The notes beneath the pieces are model-generated. The model did not search any database, was not told where the DNA came from, and saw only the letters and a program-made list of their open reading frames with translations. A stretch of DNA of 64,000 nt. It comes from Bdellovibrionales bacterium. Lineage in GTDB: Bacteria > Bdellovibrionota > Bdellovibrionia > Bdellovibrionales > JAKFYE01. Below, piece by piece: positions 31,163 to 42,472 of the stretch; position 1 is the first letter of the stretch, and each line of letters begins with the position of its first letter. The translations under genes were made by a program, and so were the position numbers. The DNA lies in the NCBI GenBank assembly GCA_965116215.1, contig OZ220494.1, positions 869,408 through 933,407 of the forward strand, written 5' to 3'.

Positions 31163-32635
31163 TTAAACACGAGTTTCTGCAATATTCTTTTTATCTGTAA
31201 TTGCCATAAACAACCGCTCTAATCCTAAAGCAATACCTGCGCTCGGAGGTAAACCAGAGTCAATAGCCCTTATAAAGTCCTCATCTATTTTTTGGCCAGA
31301 GTCCTTGAACCGTTGACGATGTTCATTTGGATCATTTAACTCATGAAAAGCATTGGCAATCTCTAAACCCTTCCAATAGAATTCAAAACGATCTGCCCAG
31401 CCTTCATTTGTTATACGCGACCAAATAGCCTGAGAAGGAGGATATTGAGTCACAAGCACAGGTCCACTTAATTGTGGTTCAATATATTCTATAAAAATAC
31501 GAAAAAAAAGAGTATTAAAATCCTCTCTATCCATAAACTTCAAAGCCAACCTTTTACAGAGACCCTGAAGGTCTTTTTTTGACGTATGGGGAGTGAGTTT
31601 AAAATAAACATATTTTTTAAATAACTCAGCCATCGTGACTTCACAAAGAGGCTTAAGTTCTAAAATTTTATAAGGCCAGTGCTGACCAAAGTAATCCAAT
31701 AAAACCTGTAAATCTTTTTTTAAAGTCTCTATAGAGTCTAGACCCCTATACCACTCCAATAGCTTAAACTCTGGGCGATGATGTGCTGTAAATTCATTAT
31801 TTCTATAAACGGTTTTTATTTCATAGAGCCTTGTCCAGCCCTGAGCTAAAAGTCTTTTTAAATAAAACTCAGGGCTTGTGACAAGATATTGTTTTTGTCT
31901 CTTCCCCAGCGACAAGACCTCTACTTCAAAGGGCATAATTTCAGACTCAATACCTGCGCACTTCACAAGGGATGGTGTCTCCACTTGAACAAAGCCTAAT
32001 GTATCAAAAACATTTTGAATATAACGGATAAAAAGCTGCCATTGGTGAGCCAGCTCATATGATGGAGAGTCCTCTGTGACACTGAGAGTATTAGGACTAA
32101 CTAATTTTAACCATTTAATATGTACTCTTTTTATCTTCTGTTGGGATGGTATTTCTTTGAGGTCATTGGTGTAGACTTCGGCAATAACCCAGTCACCCAA
32201 TACTAATTTCTCAGATAAATGAACTATTTTCTGTTGATCCACTTGAATACGAAGACCTAATGTTCTGCCATTATTAGCAATGAACAGACACCCCTCTTGC
32301 TTTTTATTCTCTGTATGTTCTTTTGTGGATCTGAATGAATCCTCTCGCTTTCCTTTTATAAACTCAGAGACACCCCTTTTCTCTATATTTTTTGTTGTTT
32401 GTTGTCTTATAGTTTTTAGATTTTGTTTTTGTTCTTCAGAATCACATGGAACAGGCAAAATGTCGCAAATCCGTCCTCCAACCACCACTGTCTTAGACGA
32501 AACAGCTTTTTGCTTATTTAATTCAGAAATAAAAAGGTCAAACTCTGGTAGAGTGAATACCTTTTGAGTCATAGCTGGGAAGTGAGTCCATTCAGAGTGA
32601 AGATAAGATTGACGATTTTCCATATATAAATACAC
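31163..32635 (-). CDS. epmA: EF-P lysine aminoacylase (EpmA/GenX) with a long N-terminal extension
   Basis: LVTSPEFYLKRLL, HRPEFKLLEWYR, LEIANAFHELND, GLPPSAGIALGLERL. Confidence 0.85.
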   Translation of the reverse strand: MYLYMENRQSYLHSEWTHFPAMTQKVFTLPEFDLFISELNKQKAVSSKTVVVGGRICDILPVPCDSEEQKQNLKTIRQQTTKNIEKRGVSEFIKGKREDSFRSTKEHTENKKQEGCLFIANNGRTLGLRIQVDQQKIVHLSEKLVLGDWVIAEVYTNDLKEIPSQQKIKRVHIKWLKLVSPNTLSVTEDSPSYELAHQWQLFIRYIQNVFDTLGFVQVETPSLVKCAGIESEIMPFEVEVLSLGKRQKQYLVTSPEFYLKRLLAQGWTRLYEIKTVYRNNEFTAHHRPEFKLLEWYRGLDSIETLKKDLQVLLDYFGQHWPYKILELKPLCEVTMAELFKKYVYFKLTPHTSKKDLQGLCKRLALKFMDREDFNTLFFRIFIEYIEPQLSGPVLVTQYPPSQAIWSRITNEGWADRFEFYWKGLEIANAFHELNDPNEHRQRFKDSGQKIDEDFIRAIDSGLPPSAGIALGLERLFMAITDKKNIAETRV

Positions 32636-32795
32636 CTACACGCCTTCTCCAACATGCCTCAAGAATTATTATTTCAGGTTCAAGATACTTTAAGTGGACG
32701 AGAATAGGAATTAACTTCTTGTAATAACTATGAAAAATAGGTATTTTTGTGTGTTCAAGGATTTCAGAGTCTAAATTGAGGGAAATTATCGACAC

Positions 32796-32840
32796 AGCTA
32801 TTTGCCGGTGATTGAATCGCTGGGCAAATAGCTTTATTTT
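32796..32840 (+). terminator. Intrinsic-terminator-like hairpin upstream of gcvP
   Basis: Perfect 11-bp stem AGCTATTTGCC/GGCAAATAGCT, extendable internally, followed by TTATTTT. Confidence 0.6.
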
Positions 32841-32908
32841 CACCAGTGAGCAGAAACTGTGTTCATCGTAATTGTAAAACAAGTCAAGAATGAGGATAAC
32901 TGAGTTTT

Positions 32909-35815
32909 GTGAAAATGAAAATTTTTGATAAAGGAGAGGGTCTCATGCCAAAAACAAAAAAAAATCATGATACAAATGATCCCATCTTTCAAAACACAGA
33001 ACAGAAGACGAGCCTATATACTGAAAACTTTGCTGATCGTCATATTGGAGTGCAAGCTCATGATATCAAAGAGATGTTAAATACCCTCAATGTCCAATCT
33101 TTAGATGCACTCATAGATGCCACTGTCCCCAGAAATATTCGAACACATAAACCATTAAGATTACCCACAGCTCTGACAGAGCAGGACGCTTTAAAACGAA
33201 TCAAAGTAATTATGTCTGAAAATTCTATCTTTAAAACATACATAGGAATGGGTTACAGTGATTGTATTACTCCGACTCCAATACAAAGACATTTTTTTGA
33301 AAACCCTGGTTGGTACACTCAATACACCCCCTATCAATCAGAAATTTCTCAAGGCCGTCTGGAAGCTCTCTTAAATTTTCAAACAATGATTGCTGACTTA
33401 ACAGCACTTCCTCTATCCAATGCCAGTCTACTAGATGAGGGAACGGCCGCTGCAGAGGCTATGAGTCTTGCTTTTCATAAATCAAAAGGACGTTCTACAT
33501 TTCTTATTGCTCAAGACTGCCATCCCCAAACAATTGAAATTTTAAAAACACGATCTGAACCTTTAAACATAAAACTCATTATTGATAACATTCATCAATT
33601 CCCAATTGACGATTCCATCTTCGGTGTTCTTGTCCAATACCCTACGACATATGGAGATATTAACAATTATTCTAAGCTATTTGAATCTATTCATCACATC
33701 GGAGGTCTTTGTATCATGGCGGCCGACCTTTTAGCACTCACTCTTCTTAAACCTCCCGGAGAATGGGGGGCTGACATTGCTGTTGGTAACACTCAACGTT
33801 TTGGAGTGCCTTTGGGGTTTGGAGGACCACATGCAGGTTACTTTGCCACAAAGGCAGAGTTCAAACGCATGATACCGGGACGAATTGTAGGTGCCTCTAT
33901 TGATAGCCGCAAACGTAGAGCGTATCGATTAGCTCTACAAACTCGCGAACAACATATCCGTCGAGAAAGAGCGACAAGCAACATATGTACATCCCAAGTT
34001 CTTCTTGCTATTATGGCGAGCTTTTATGCCATATATCACGGCCCTCAACGTTTAAAAAAAATAGCCCTTCGCATTCACCACCTCACAGATACTTTAAGAA
34101 AAGCTCTACAATCAAAAGGCTTCTCTATTTCCCATGAGAGGTACTTTGATACTTTGACCATAAAAGTCTCTCCATCAGAAAGACAGAAAATTTTAGAACG
34201 CACTCAAAAAATAAATTTACGTCAAGATCAACTGGACACTCTAAGTGTGAGTCTGGACGAGACAACAACGCTTCATGATTTACAGAATATCATTGAGGTC
34301 TTTTCAGGCGAAAACACTCCAATTTCACTATCGACTTCGTATCAGATACCTAAGGGATTTCAACGCACTTCAAATTTTCTTTCCCATAAGGTTTTCAATT
34401 CTTACCATTCAGAGACAGAACTCTTACGTTATATGACTCGCCTACAATCAAAAGATCTTTCCTTAACATCTTCAATGATACCTTTGGGGTCATGTACAAT
34501 GAAACTCAATGCGACAACTGAAATGTTGCCCGTCAGTTGGCCAGAAATTTCAAAGCTCCATCCCTTTGTTCCCTCCTCTCAAGCCAAAGGGTACTTGCAA
34601 CTGTTTAAAGACTTGGAAACATGGCTTTCAGATATCACGGGGTTTAAAAGTGTTTCGTTACAACCTAATTCAGGATCTCAAGGAGAGCTGGCTGGTTTAT
34701 TAGTCATAAGACAGTTCTTTAAAAAAAATCTTCCCCAATCTCATAGAAATATTGTTCTTATTCCCCAATCCGCACATGGGACCAATCCAGCAAGTGCAGC
34801 AATGGCGAGTTTTCAATCCATTCCTGTTGAATGTGACAAAAATGGCAATATAGATTTCAAAGATCTGGACATGAAGGTTCGAAAACATTCTAAAAACTTA
34901 GCAGCTCTAATGATAACTTATCCTTCAACTCATGGTGTTTTTGAAGAGAACATCAAAGATGTTTGCACACTGATCCATCATCATGGAGGGCAGGTGTATA
35001 TGGATGGTGCAAACATGAATGCTCAGATGGGTTTATGCCGACCGGCTGAGTATGGGGCTGATGTTTGTCATTTAAATTTGCATAAAACATTTTGTATCCC
35101 CCATGGCGGTGGTGGTCCCGGAATGGGTCCTATTGCTGTAGCCTCTCATTTGGCAGATTATCTTCCAGGTCATAGTGTTTATGGCTTAGGCCAAGAGCAC
35201 AGTTTAACTGCTGTATCGGCAGCTCCTTGGGGCAGTCCAAGTATTTTACCTATTTCTTGGACATATATTGCTATGATGGGCCCAGACGGTTTGAAAAAAA
35301 GTTCAGAAATAGCTATCTTAAATGCTAACTATATAATGAGTCGACTTAAGGACTCTTATAAAATTCTCTATACGGGCTCAGGGGGTTATGTAGCTCATGA
35401 ATGCATTATTGATCTTCAAGAATTCCAACCTTTTATAACAGTAGAAGATGTTGCAAAACGCCTTATGGATTATGGATTTCATGCTCCCACAGTCGCCTTT
35501 CCTGTGCATGGGACACTAATGATTGAGCCGACAGAGAGTGAATCTAAAGCTGAGTTGGATCGTTTTTGTGAAGCCATGATAGAAATACGAAAAGAGATTG
35601 AAGAGATAGTGAGTGGAAAAATGGATAGAGAAAAAAACCCTTTAAAACTTGCACCCCATACAATAGAAGATCTTTGCGACGATTGGGATCGTCCCTATTC
35701 ACGAAAAAGTGCCGTCTATCCTCTCGATTGGGTCAAAGAGAGAAAGTTCTGGCCTGCTGTGAATCGCATTGATAACCCCTATGGAGATCGTCATTTATTT
35801 TGCACCTGTGAGTGA
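32909..35815 (+). CDS. gcvP: Glycine dehydrogenase (decarboxylating), P protein
   Basis: [40 protein letters not shown]; start likely ATG 32945 after AGGAGA. Confidence 0.98.
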   Translation: MKMKIFDKGEGLMPKTKKNHDTNDPIFQNTEQKTSLYTENFADRHIGVQAHDIKEMLNTLNVQSLDALIDATVPRNIRTHKPLRLPTALTEQDALKRIKVIMSENSIFKTYIGMGYSDCITPTPIQRHFFENPGWYTQYTPYQSEISQGRLEALLNFQTMIADLTALPLSNASLLDEGTAAAEAMSLAFHKSKGRSTFLIAQDCHPQTIEILKTRSEPLNIKLIIDNIHQFPIDDSIFGVLVQYPTTYGDINNYSKLFESIHHIGGLCIMAADLLALTLLKPPGEWGADIAVGNTQRFGVPLGFGGPHAGYFATKAEFKRMIPGRIVGASIDSRKRRAYRLALQTREQHIRRERATSNICTSQVLLAIMASFYAIYHGPQRLKKIALRIHHLTDTLRKALQSKGFSISHERYFDTLTIKVSPSERQKILERTQKINLRQDQLDTLSVSLDETTTLHDLQNIIEVFSGENTPISLSTSYQIPKGFQRTSNFLSHKVFNSYHSETELLRYMTRLQSKDLSLTSSMIPLGSCTMKLNATTEMLPVSWPEISKLHPFVPSSQAKGYLQLFKDLETWLSDITGFKSVSLQPNSGSQGELAGLLVIRQFFKKNLPQSHRNIVLIPQSAHGTNPASAAMASFQSIPVECDKNGNIDFKDLDMKVRKHSKNLAALMITYPSTHGVFEENIKDVCTLIHHHGGQVYMDGANMNAQMGLCRPAEYGADVCHLNLHKTFCIPHGGGGPGMGPIAVASHLADYLPGHSVYGLGQEHSLTAVSAAPWGSPSILPISWTYIAMMGPDGLKKSSEIAILNANYIMSRLKDSYKILYTGSGGYVAHECIIDLQEFQPFITVEDVAKRLMDYGFHAPTVAFPVHGTLMIEPTESESKAELDRFCEAMIEIRKEIEEIVSGKMDREKNPLKLAPHTIEDLCDDWDRPYSRKSAVYPLDWVKERKFWPAVNRIDNPYGDRHLFCTCE

Positions 35816-36438
35816 TTATCCGGCTGACTTGAAGGGTGTGCTTTTTTAAAAGGTTCCATGACTATACACTTTTCATACACTGAGGTGACTTTTGGAAATG
35901 GAGTCATATCTACATTAAACCTTTTTGCATTGTAAACTTGTGGGACGAGAAAGGCATCAGCGGCCGTTAATTGATTTCCAAAAGAAAAAGTGCCCTCTTG
36001 CATTTCTTCTTCTAAGGCTTGAAATCCTCTTTGTATCCAGTACTCGCTCCATTCAGCTCTATCTCCACCGAGTTCTTCAACTTTTTTTAAAACAGAAAGG
36101 TTTTGTAGAGGTTGAATTCCCGAGTTGACCATCTCACAAAGTTTTAAAACACGGCATCGGGCTTTTATCTCTTTTGGCAAAAGGCTTGGAGTTGGAAAAG
36201 AGGTATCAAGATATTCAATAATGGGTAGAGACTGTGTCAGGGAATACCCATTATGCACAAGGATAGGAACCTGTGCCATTGGATTGAGTTTTCTATAATC
36301 TCTCGTATATTGTTCCCCACCGTCTTTTAATAGATGAATGGCCCTATATTCATAAGAAATATTTTTGATCTCTAAAACAATACGTACCCTATAGGCTGAC
36401 GAACTTCTATAATAGGAATAAAGTGTGACATGTTCCAT
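35791..36438 (-). CDS. maiA: Maleylacetoacetate isomerase (GST zeta)
   Basis: [29 protein letters not shown]. Confidence 0.93.
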   Translation of the reverse strand: MEHVTLYSYYRSSSAYRVRIVLEIKNISYEYRAIHLLKDGGEQYTRDYRKLNPMAQVPILVHNGYSLTQSLPIIEYLDTSFPTPSLLPKEIKARCRVLKLCEMVNSGIQPLQNLSVLKKVEELGGDRAEWSEYWIQRGFQALEEEMQEGTFSFGNQLTAADAFLVPQVYNAKRFNVDMTPFPKVTSVYEKCIVMEPFKKAHPSSQPDNHSQVQNK

Positions 36439-36599
36439 ATATGAATCCTAATAAAGAGAAAGAAGATATAGCAGATGCTTTGACAATAACGCAAGGATGC
36501 CTTTTATCAAACCTTGTCAAAAAGCACTCTATATGACAGCTTAATAGCCACCCTTACTATAACGAATATATATAAAAAACAAGATTTAAAGGACTCTCT

Positions 36600-37580
36600 A
36601 TGAAATTAGGATCATTAAAATCACCATCATCTTTGGATGGAATACCAGTGGTTGTCAGTCGTGATGGAAGATCTGCTGTTCAGGTGAATGATCGAGTGTC
36701 TTCGTTAAGAGAGGCATTAGAGAATTGGAAAACAGTGAAGTCTGATTTAGAAAAGATATATAAAGAGTTAAATGAAGGTCAAATAACGGCGACTTTTCCT
36801 GTAAATATCAATAATTTTCACTCACCACTTCCGAGATCATTTGGTTGGGCGGACGGGTCGGCATTTATTCATCATATTCGTTTAGTTCGAAAAGCACGTG
36901 ATGCCGAACCCCCCGACACTTTGATGACAATACCACTGATGTATCAGGGAGGCAGTGACACGTACTTAGCTCCTACGGATGATATTCCCATCATTGATGA
37001 AGCGTTTGGTGTGGATTTAGAGGGTGAAGTTGCAGTTATTACTGACGATGTCCCCATGGGAGTGACTCCTGATGAAGCCCTAAAACACATTCAACTCTTC
37101 ATGCTCTGCAATGATGTTTCGCTACGTGGACTCGTCCCGGGGGAATTAGCTCAAGGTTTTGGTTTTTTTCAATCTAAACCAAGCTCTTCATTTAGTCCTT
37201 TTGCCGTTACACCTGATGAATTAGGGGAGAGTTTTAAAGAAGGACGTGTACACTTGCCTTTGTTATCAGAGTTGAACGGAGAGTTTCTTGGCAATCCCAA
37301 TGCGGGAGCTATGCATTTTCATTTTGGTCAATTGATCGCTCATGCAGCGCGAACTCGAAAACTTTCTGCAGGATATATTGTAGGAAGTGGAACAGTTTCC
37401 AATGATGACCCTTCCAGAGGAAGTAGTTGTTTAGTGGAAAAGAGAATGATTGAAAAAATAAATACAGGAAAAATGACAACACCTTTTTTAAAACATGGTG
37501 ATACTGTAAAAATAGAAATGAGAAATAACGCCGGCGAAAACATATTTGGCACTATTTTTCAAAAGGCTGTTAAGATTTAG
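36600..37580 (+). CDS. Fumarylacetoacetate hydrolase family protein
   Basis: PLPRSFGWADGSAF, DLEGEVAV, NDVSLR, GSGTVSN; divergent from maiA. Confidence 0.92.
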   Translation: MKLGSLKSPSSLDGIPVVVSRDGRSAVQVNDRVSSLREALENWKTVKSDLEKIYKELNEGQITATFPVNINNFHSPLPRSFGWADGSAFIHHIRLVRKARDAEPPDTLMTIPLMYQGGSDTYLAPTDDIPIIDEAFGVDLEGEVAVITDDVPMGVTPDEALKHIQLFMLCNDVSLRGLVPGELAQGFGFFQSKPSSSFSPFAVTPDELGESFKEGRVHLPLLSELNGEFLGNPNAGAMHFHFGQLIAHAARTRKLSAGYIVGSGTVSNDDPSRGSSCLVEKRMIEKINTGKMTTPFLKHGDTVKIEMRNNAGENIFGTIFQKAVKI

Positions 37581-37814
37581 GGATATCGTATTCACTGAAA
37601 TCCATAAGACCTACTGGGCGACAGTTCAATCCTTATATTCAGTGATGGTAACTATAGATCTATACTTATTTTTATTGAGACTGACTCGCAGATTCTTAAA
37701 GATGTTGAGATTTTACTATTCAATGAGGGCCCTTACCATTGGCGTCTATATGATGGACATCTATTTTGATTATCTGGCTTGACGTTTTTAGATGGGATAG
37801 ATAAATAAGTCATA

Positions 37815-39413
37815 ATGGATGATCGGTTAAAGTCTCGCCGTCAATTTTTAGAGTTTTTAGGTTATTCAGCGTTAGCCTCTTCTCTTCCTATTTCTTTATC
37901 TGCAAAGAGTCCTATTCGAAAAAAGGCATTAACTTTTCACCCTGTTTCTCTTTCTAGAAATAATGATACATTCAATTTAGCTGAAGGATTTTCCACCTAT
38001 ACTGTCTTAAGGTGGAATGACTCTATAAACGATAAAGGAGAGTTCTTTGGTTACAACAACGATTATATTGCTTTTATTCCTCATCTGTTTAATGAGGGAA
38101 CCCTTTGGGTCAATCATGAAACAGCTCATCCTTATTTAGTGCATGGAAAGAAGGGTTTTAAAAAGAAGCCAAAGGATAAGGTGGACTTAGAGAGAAAAAA
38201 TGTAGGTGGTAGTCTTTTAAGAATAAAAAAGAACAATGGTCGATGGTCTTTGGATAAAGCACATTCGATAAACAGGAGGTATGATGCTACAACTCGAATA
38301 CCTTTTGCATGGAACCATGCTATAAGGGGAGAGCGAAGTGCTATTGGAACTTTAGCAAATTGTTCTGGTGGGATTACACCATGGGGTACGTTTTTAACTT
38401 GTGAAGAAAACTATGATAGTGCTTATGGGGAGGTAGACTATTCTTCCGGTCGACGTGTTGTCCATTTTAAGAGGAAGAAGAAGTGGATGGTGCCTTGGCA
38501 TACGTTTTATTCTTTTCCTCCGGAGCACTATGGTTGGGTTGTGGAGATTCATCCTCGCAATAGGAGTGCAAAAAAGTTAATTGGTCTGGGTCGTTTCTCC
38601 CATGAGGGAGCACTGGTTGTGGAGGGGCCTGATTCTCGAGTGGTTGTTTATTCTGGAGATGATGCTAACGATCAGTTTATTTACAAATACATTTCTCAAA
38701 AGGCGGGAACTTTAAGGGATGGAACACTTTATGTAGCTGATACAAAAAGAGGCCGATGGTTGAGTTTAAATTTTAAAAAACAGCCTCTCTTGAGAAAACA
38801 CTTTACGAGTCAGACGGATGTTCTTATTCAGACACGCAAAGCTGCAAAATTATTAGGTGCCACTCCACAGGATCGACCAGAGGGAATGGCTCAAGATCCG
38901 AAGACAGGAGCTATCATTGTTGCTTTAACGCAGAATAAACCAAAGGGAAATCTTTATGGATCTTTATTGAAGATCGAAGAAAAAGACAACAACCCTTATT
39001 CTTTAGAGTTTAAATCTTCCACACTACTCAATGGAAATCCAGAGGTGGGTTCTGCATGTCCTGACAATGTGATATATGATCGAAAGGGAAATTTGTGGTT
39101 TACGACCGATATTGCCTCTCATGATTTAGGGAATAAACATTTTAAAAAAGTTCATTGTAACGGTCTTTTCTACGTTCCGATGTCGGGTGAGAATGCAGGT
39201 CAGCCTTTATGTGTAGCTACCGCACCTATTGATGCTGAGCTCACTGGCCCATGTGTTATTGATAATGAGACTTTATTGATTTCCGTCCAACATCCAGGGG
39301 AGCGTTCTCGTCCTGGGAAGTTGACAAGTCATTGGCCCGATGGCGGAAAGAGTTTTCCCAAACCTTGTGTTATGGCCATTACTGGCTCTGTAATGAAGAA
39401 CTTATTGAGTTAG
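37815..39413 (+). CDS. phoX: Tat-exported alkaline phosphatase, PhoX family
   Basis: SRRQFL Tat motif, VNHE, NCSGGITPWGTFLTCEEN, GRFSHE, DRPE, PDN, QHPGE. Confidence 0.92.
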   Translation: MDDRLKSRRQFLEFLGYSALASSLPISLSAKSPIRKKALTFHPVSLSRNNDTFNLAEGFSTYTVLRWNDSINDKGEFFGYNNDYIAFIPHLFNEGTLWVNHETAHPYLVHGKKGFKKKPKDKVDLERKNVGGSLLRIKKNNGRWSLDKAHSINRRYDATTRIPFAWNHAIRGERSAIGTLANCSGGITPWGTFLTCEENYDSAYGEVDYSSGRRVVHFKRKKKWMVPWHTFYSFPPEHYGWVVEIHPRNRSAKKLIGLGRFSHEGALVVEGPDSRVVVYSGDDANDQFIYKYISQKAGTLRDGTLYVADTKRGRWLSLNFKKQPLLRKHFTSQTDVLIQTRKAAKLLGATPQDRPEGMAQDPKTGAIIVALTQNKPKGNLYGSLLKIEEKDNNPYSLEFKSSTLLNGNPEVGSACPDNVIYDRKGNLWFTTDIASHDLGNKHFKKVHCNGLFYVPMSGENAGQPLCVATAPIDAELTGPCVIDNETLLISVQHPGERSRPGKLTSHWPDGGKSFPKPCVMAITGSVMKNLLS

Positions 39414-39517
39414 GGATTTCATACAAACCTAAAATAATCCGGACTTATATCCCAATAAATACCATAAAGGATTATTGATAGAGCCAACTATTAATCATAT
39501 TTGTAGGGCTATATCTA

Positions 39518-40762
39518 TTAATGCCATAAAGCACTTATTGGGATAGCCCAAAAGTTTTCTCCAAATGAGACAATATGTTGGCCTGTGTATAGAATAATTC
39601 CTACAAAAGGGATTTCTTTACTGATATTGGAAGCAAACCATTTTAGATGTTTAAATGAAGATCGACTTATAATGGATCCAGCTTTTACATCAATTCCAAT
39701 GATATCTCCTTTTTCATTTTTAACAATGAAGTCAATTTCACGTTTCTCACCATCACGATAATGGTATAATTCATATTCTTCATCTTGTGATTCAAGAATA
39801 GATGCTAATTGATGAAAGATAAAAGTTTCGAATAGTTTACCACTTTTATCACTATTGAGAGAAGTTTCTTCCTCTTGCCAATTTAGAAGAGAAGTCATTA
39901 ATCCTGTATCTGTTATAAATATTTTCTCCTGCTTACTCACTCGATCATAATCTGTTTTATGCCAAGGTTTTACTCGTTCTACAAGACAAAGACTTTCTAG
40001 AGCGTTTATGTATGTTTGTATCGTTAAGCGTGAGAGAGATAATATTTTACCTATATCTGATATAACTATAAACTTTGATGACCAAGCCGCTAATATAGTA
40101 ACTAATTTATTAAGACTATCTTTACGTTTGATCTGAGCAATATCTATAAGGTCACGTGCAATTAATGCTTCTAAATAATCTTTATACCATTTTCGTTTCT
40201 CTTTATATTTTTTTAATTTTAGTGGCTCAGGATAGCCGCCATTAAACGCATGCTTAATATATGTATGCTTATACATTCTTTTATATTGCGTATTTAAATT
40301 AAAATTTCCATCGAATATTTTTTTAATAAATGAAGGTTGTCTACCATATATCTCACCTAGTGTTAGCGGCCTTAATCTAATGTTTGTTATCCGTCCAGCT
40401 AAGGATTCTTTTACACTGGGTAAAGACTGTATATGGGTAGAACCTGTGAGGAGAAAACGGCCTGGTTTCTGATTTTCATCAACGTTTTGTTTTATGGCTT
40501 GCAATAAAAGTGGCGCACGTTGAATTTCATCAATAATCATAAGATCATTACCATGACGTATAAAGCTTTCTGGATCATCTAAAGCAGCATTTAAAAGTGT
40601 TATATTATCTAATGTACGATAAATTATTTTCTTACTTTTGAGGCTCTTTGCTAAAGTTGTTTTTCCACTTTGTCGTGGCCCAACCAGTAATAATACTCTT
40701 CGAGTCTTCAGAGCTTGTTTTATTTTTTTAGTTTGCCAACGTTTATAAATTTTCTGAGCCAT
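39518..40762 (-). CDS. AAA+ ATPase with C-terminal DUF4143-type nuclease-like domain
   Basis: GPRQSGKTTL, IIDEIQ, LTGS, ESLAGR, GGYPE, DTGL, EIDFIV..IDVK. Confidence 0.92.
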   Translation of the reverse strand: MAQKIYKRWQTKKIKQALKTRRVLLLVGPRQSGKTTLAKSLKSKKIIYRTLDNITLLNAALDDPESFIRHGNDLMIIDEIQRAPLLLQAIKQNVDENQKPGRFLLTGSTHIQSLPSVKESLAGRITNIRLRPLTLGEIYGRQPSFIKKIFDGNFNLNTQYKRMYKHTYIKHAFNGGYPEPLKLKKYKEKRKWYKDYLEALIARDLIDIAQIKRKDSLNKLVTILAAWSSKFIVISDIGKILSLSRLTIQTYINALESLCLVERVKPWHKTDYDRVSKQEKIFITDTGLMTSLLNWQEEETSLNSDKSGKLFETFIFHQLASILESQDEEYELYHYRDGEKREIDFIVKNEKGDIIGIDVKAGSIISRSSFKHLKWFASNISKEIPFVGIILYTGQHIVSFGENFWAIPISALWH

Positions 40763-40811
40763 TTTTTTCCTTTGAAAAATTGACTATTTATTCTTATAGA
40801 TCTTTAAACCG

Positions 40812-40839
40812 ATTATCTATAAAATCCCGTTAAAGTCAA
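40812..40839 (-). promoter_or_regulatory. sigma70-like promoter for the AAA+ gene
   Basis: TTGACT-N16-GATAAT on the minus strand. Confidence 0.4.
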
Positions 40840-41051
40840 TATATCTTATCCGAAATTTGTAATAAATAGAACACGTTAAATTATAATCTCGAACTCTATT
40901 TTGTGACTCACTCCTCTTTCTGAGAATAGTTTTCTTTAATAATTTTAAATACTTATTAAATTTTAGAATCTTATAAAGTGTATAAGATTATTCAATGAGA
41001 GCAATGTGAAAAATATGGCGATAATCTTAGATTTAAGATAACTCATTTTAG

Positions 41052-42028
41052 ATCTACAACAGTAGAAATTAAATGGCCCTTCTAAACCTTGGAGCCTCTG
41101 AAGTTTCGTCATCTATCTACAACAGTAGAAATTAAATGGCCCTTCTAAACGAGGCATGTGATGTGGGAAGATCTTAATCTACAACAGTAGAAATTAAATG
41201 GCCCTTCTAAACATTGTTGTAGACGAAGTTCATAGGTTATCTACAACAGTAGAAATTAAATGGCCCTTCTAAACCAAGCAGTGCAAGCAGTCTGGAGCGA
41301 TTATCTACAACAGTAGAAATTAAATGGCCCTTCTAAACAAGAATGTAAAATATGACTTCGGTGGAAATCTACAACAGTAGAAATTAAATGGCCCTTCTAA
41401 ACTTAAATATTTTATCAAGTGATTATTTTATCTACAACAGTAGAAATTAAATGGCCCTTCTAAACTCGCACACAAGCCTTCCTGCAAATTTTATCTACAA
41501 CAGTAGAAATTAAATGGCCCTTCTAAACTTGTATCTTGTTGCTTGGGGAAGATTTATCTACAACAGTAGAAATTAAATGGCCCTTCTAAACTTAACTCTT
41601 GTGGCTGCCATTTTCCATATCTACAACAGTAGAAATTAAATGGCCCTTCTAAACTCATACAAAAGAAGTTATACCTCAGCATCTACAACAGTAGAAATTA
41701 AATGGCCCTTCTAAACTATTGTCAAATCCTTTAGCCTTTCTTGATCTACAACAGTAGAAATTAAATGGCCCTTCTAAACCTCTATATAGCTCGCCGTCTT
41801 CTCCAAATCTACAACAGTAGAAATTAAATGGCCCTTCTAAACCTTGATTTAGAATCAAAGTTTGATTCATCTACAACAGTAGAAATTAAATGGCCCTTCT
41901 AAACCTTTTAAATTATTAAGGGGGGGGCATATCTACAACAGTAGAAATTAAATGGCCCTTCTAAACGTTTTGCCATTGAGAAATTGAGTTGGATCTACAA
42001 CAGTAGAAATTAAATGGCCCTTCTAAAC
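41052..42028 (-). CRISPR. Type V-A CRISPR array: 16 identical 36-bp repeats and 15 spacers of 26-28 bp
   Basis: Minus-strand repeat GTTTAGAAGGGCCATTTAATTTCTACTGTTGTAGAT ends in the canonical Cas12a handle AATTTCTACTGTTGTAGAT. Confidence 0.99.
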
Positions 42029-42196
42029 AGTTAGACTGTAAAAGAACCGCTTTTCAAGGATTTCTTGAACCCTATAAAACTCTCTTATCCTTCTTAAAGG
42101 CATTCGGGCCACCTCAAAAACATTAAGACTCAGGTTTTCAATTATCAAAGAACTTTGACCAAACTAAACCTGCTCTATTCTATAAATTATACATCT
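42029..42196 (-). promoter_or_regulatory. CRISPR leader
   Basis: Non-coding segment between the cas2 stop and the first repeat in the transcribed orientation. Confidence 0.75.
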
Positions 42197-42472
42197 CTAC
42201 TTAATAAAAATCAATTCATCCTCATTTTTAGCATATCCAAATCTCAATTGGGTACAATTTTTACTCAAAGAAAAAATAATCACACTATCTGTTTGTTTAA
42301 ATTCTTTCACAAAACTTCCCTCTATAACAGACACAATATTATTTAATATCCTACCACTATTTCTAATTTGAAAAACAGAGTACTGCAAACGATAACCAAA
42401 CTTTTCTAAAAACTTTGAAAACCTCGTCCTTATCTTATTATCGCTAATATCATAAGAAACAACTAACACCAT
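42197..42472 (-). CDS. cas2: CRISPR-associated endonuclease Cas2
   Basis: VSYDISDNK, GYRLQYSVF; GAGGAG RBS. Confidence 0.97.
   Translation of the reverse strand: MVLVVSYDISDNKIRTRFSKFLEKFGYRLQYSVFQIRNSGRILNNIVSVIEGSFVKEFKQTDSVIIFSLSKNCTQLRFGYAKNEDELIFIK

Noticed and set aside
37546-37782. 78-aa ORF between the FAA hydrolase gene and phoX
   Set aside because: Overlaps the upstream gene; no RBS or motifs
41676-41870. 64-aa ORF with repeated LEGPFNFYCCR
   Set aside because: Translation artefact of the CRISPR repeats
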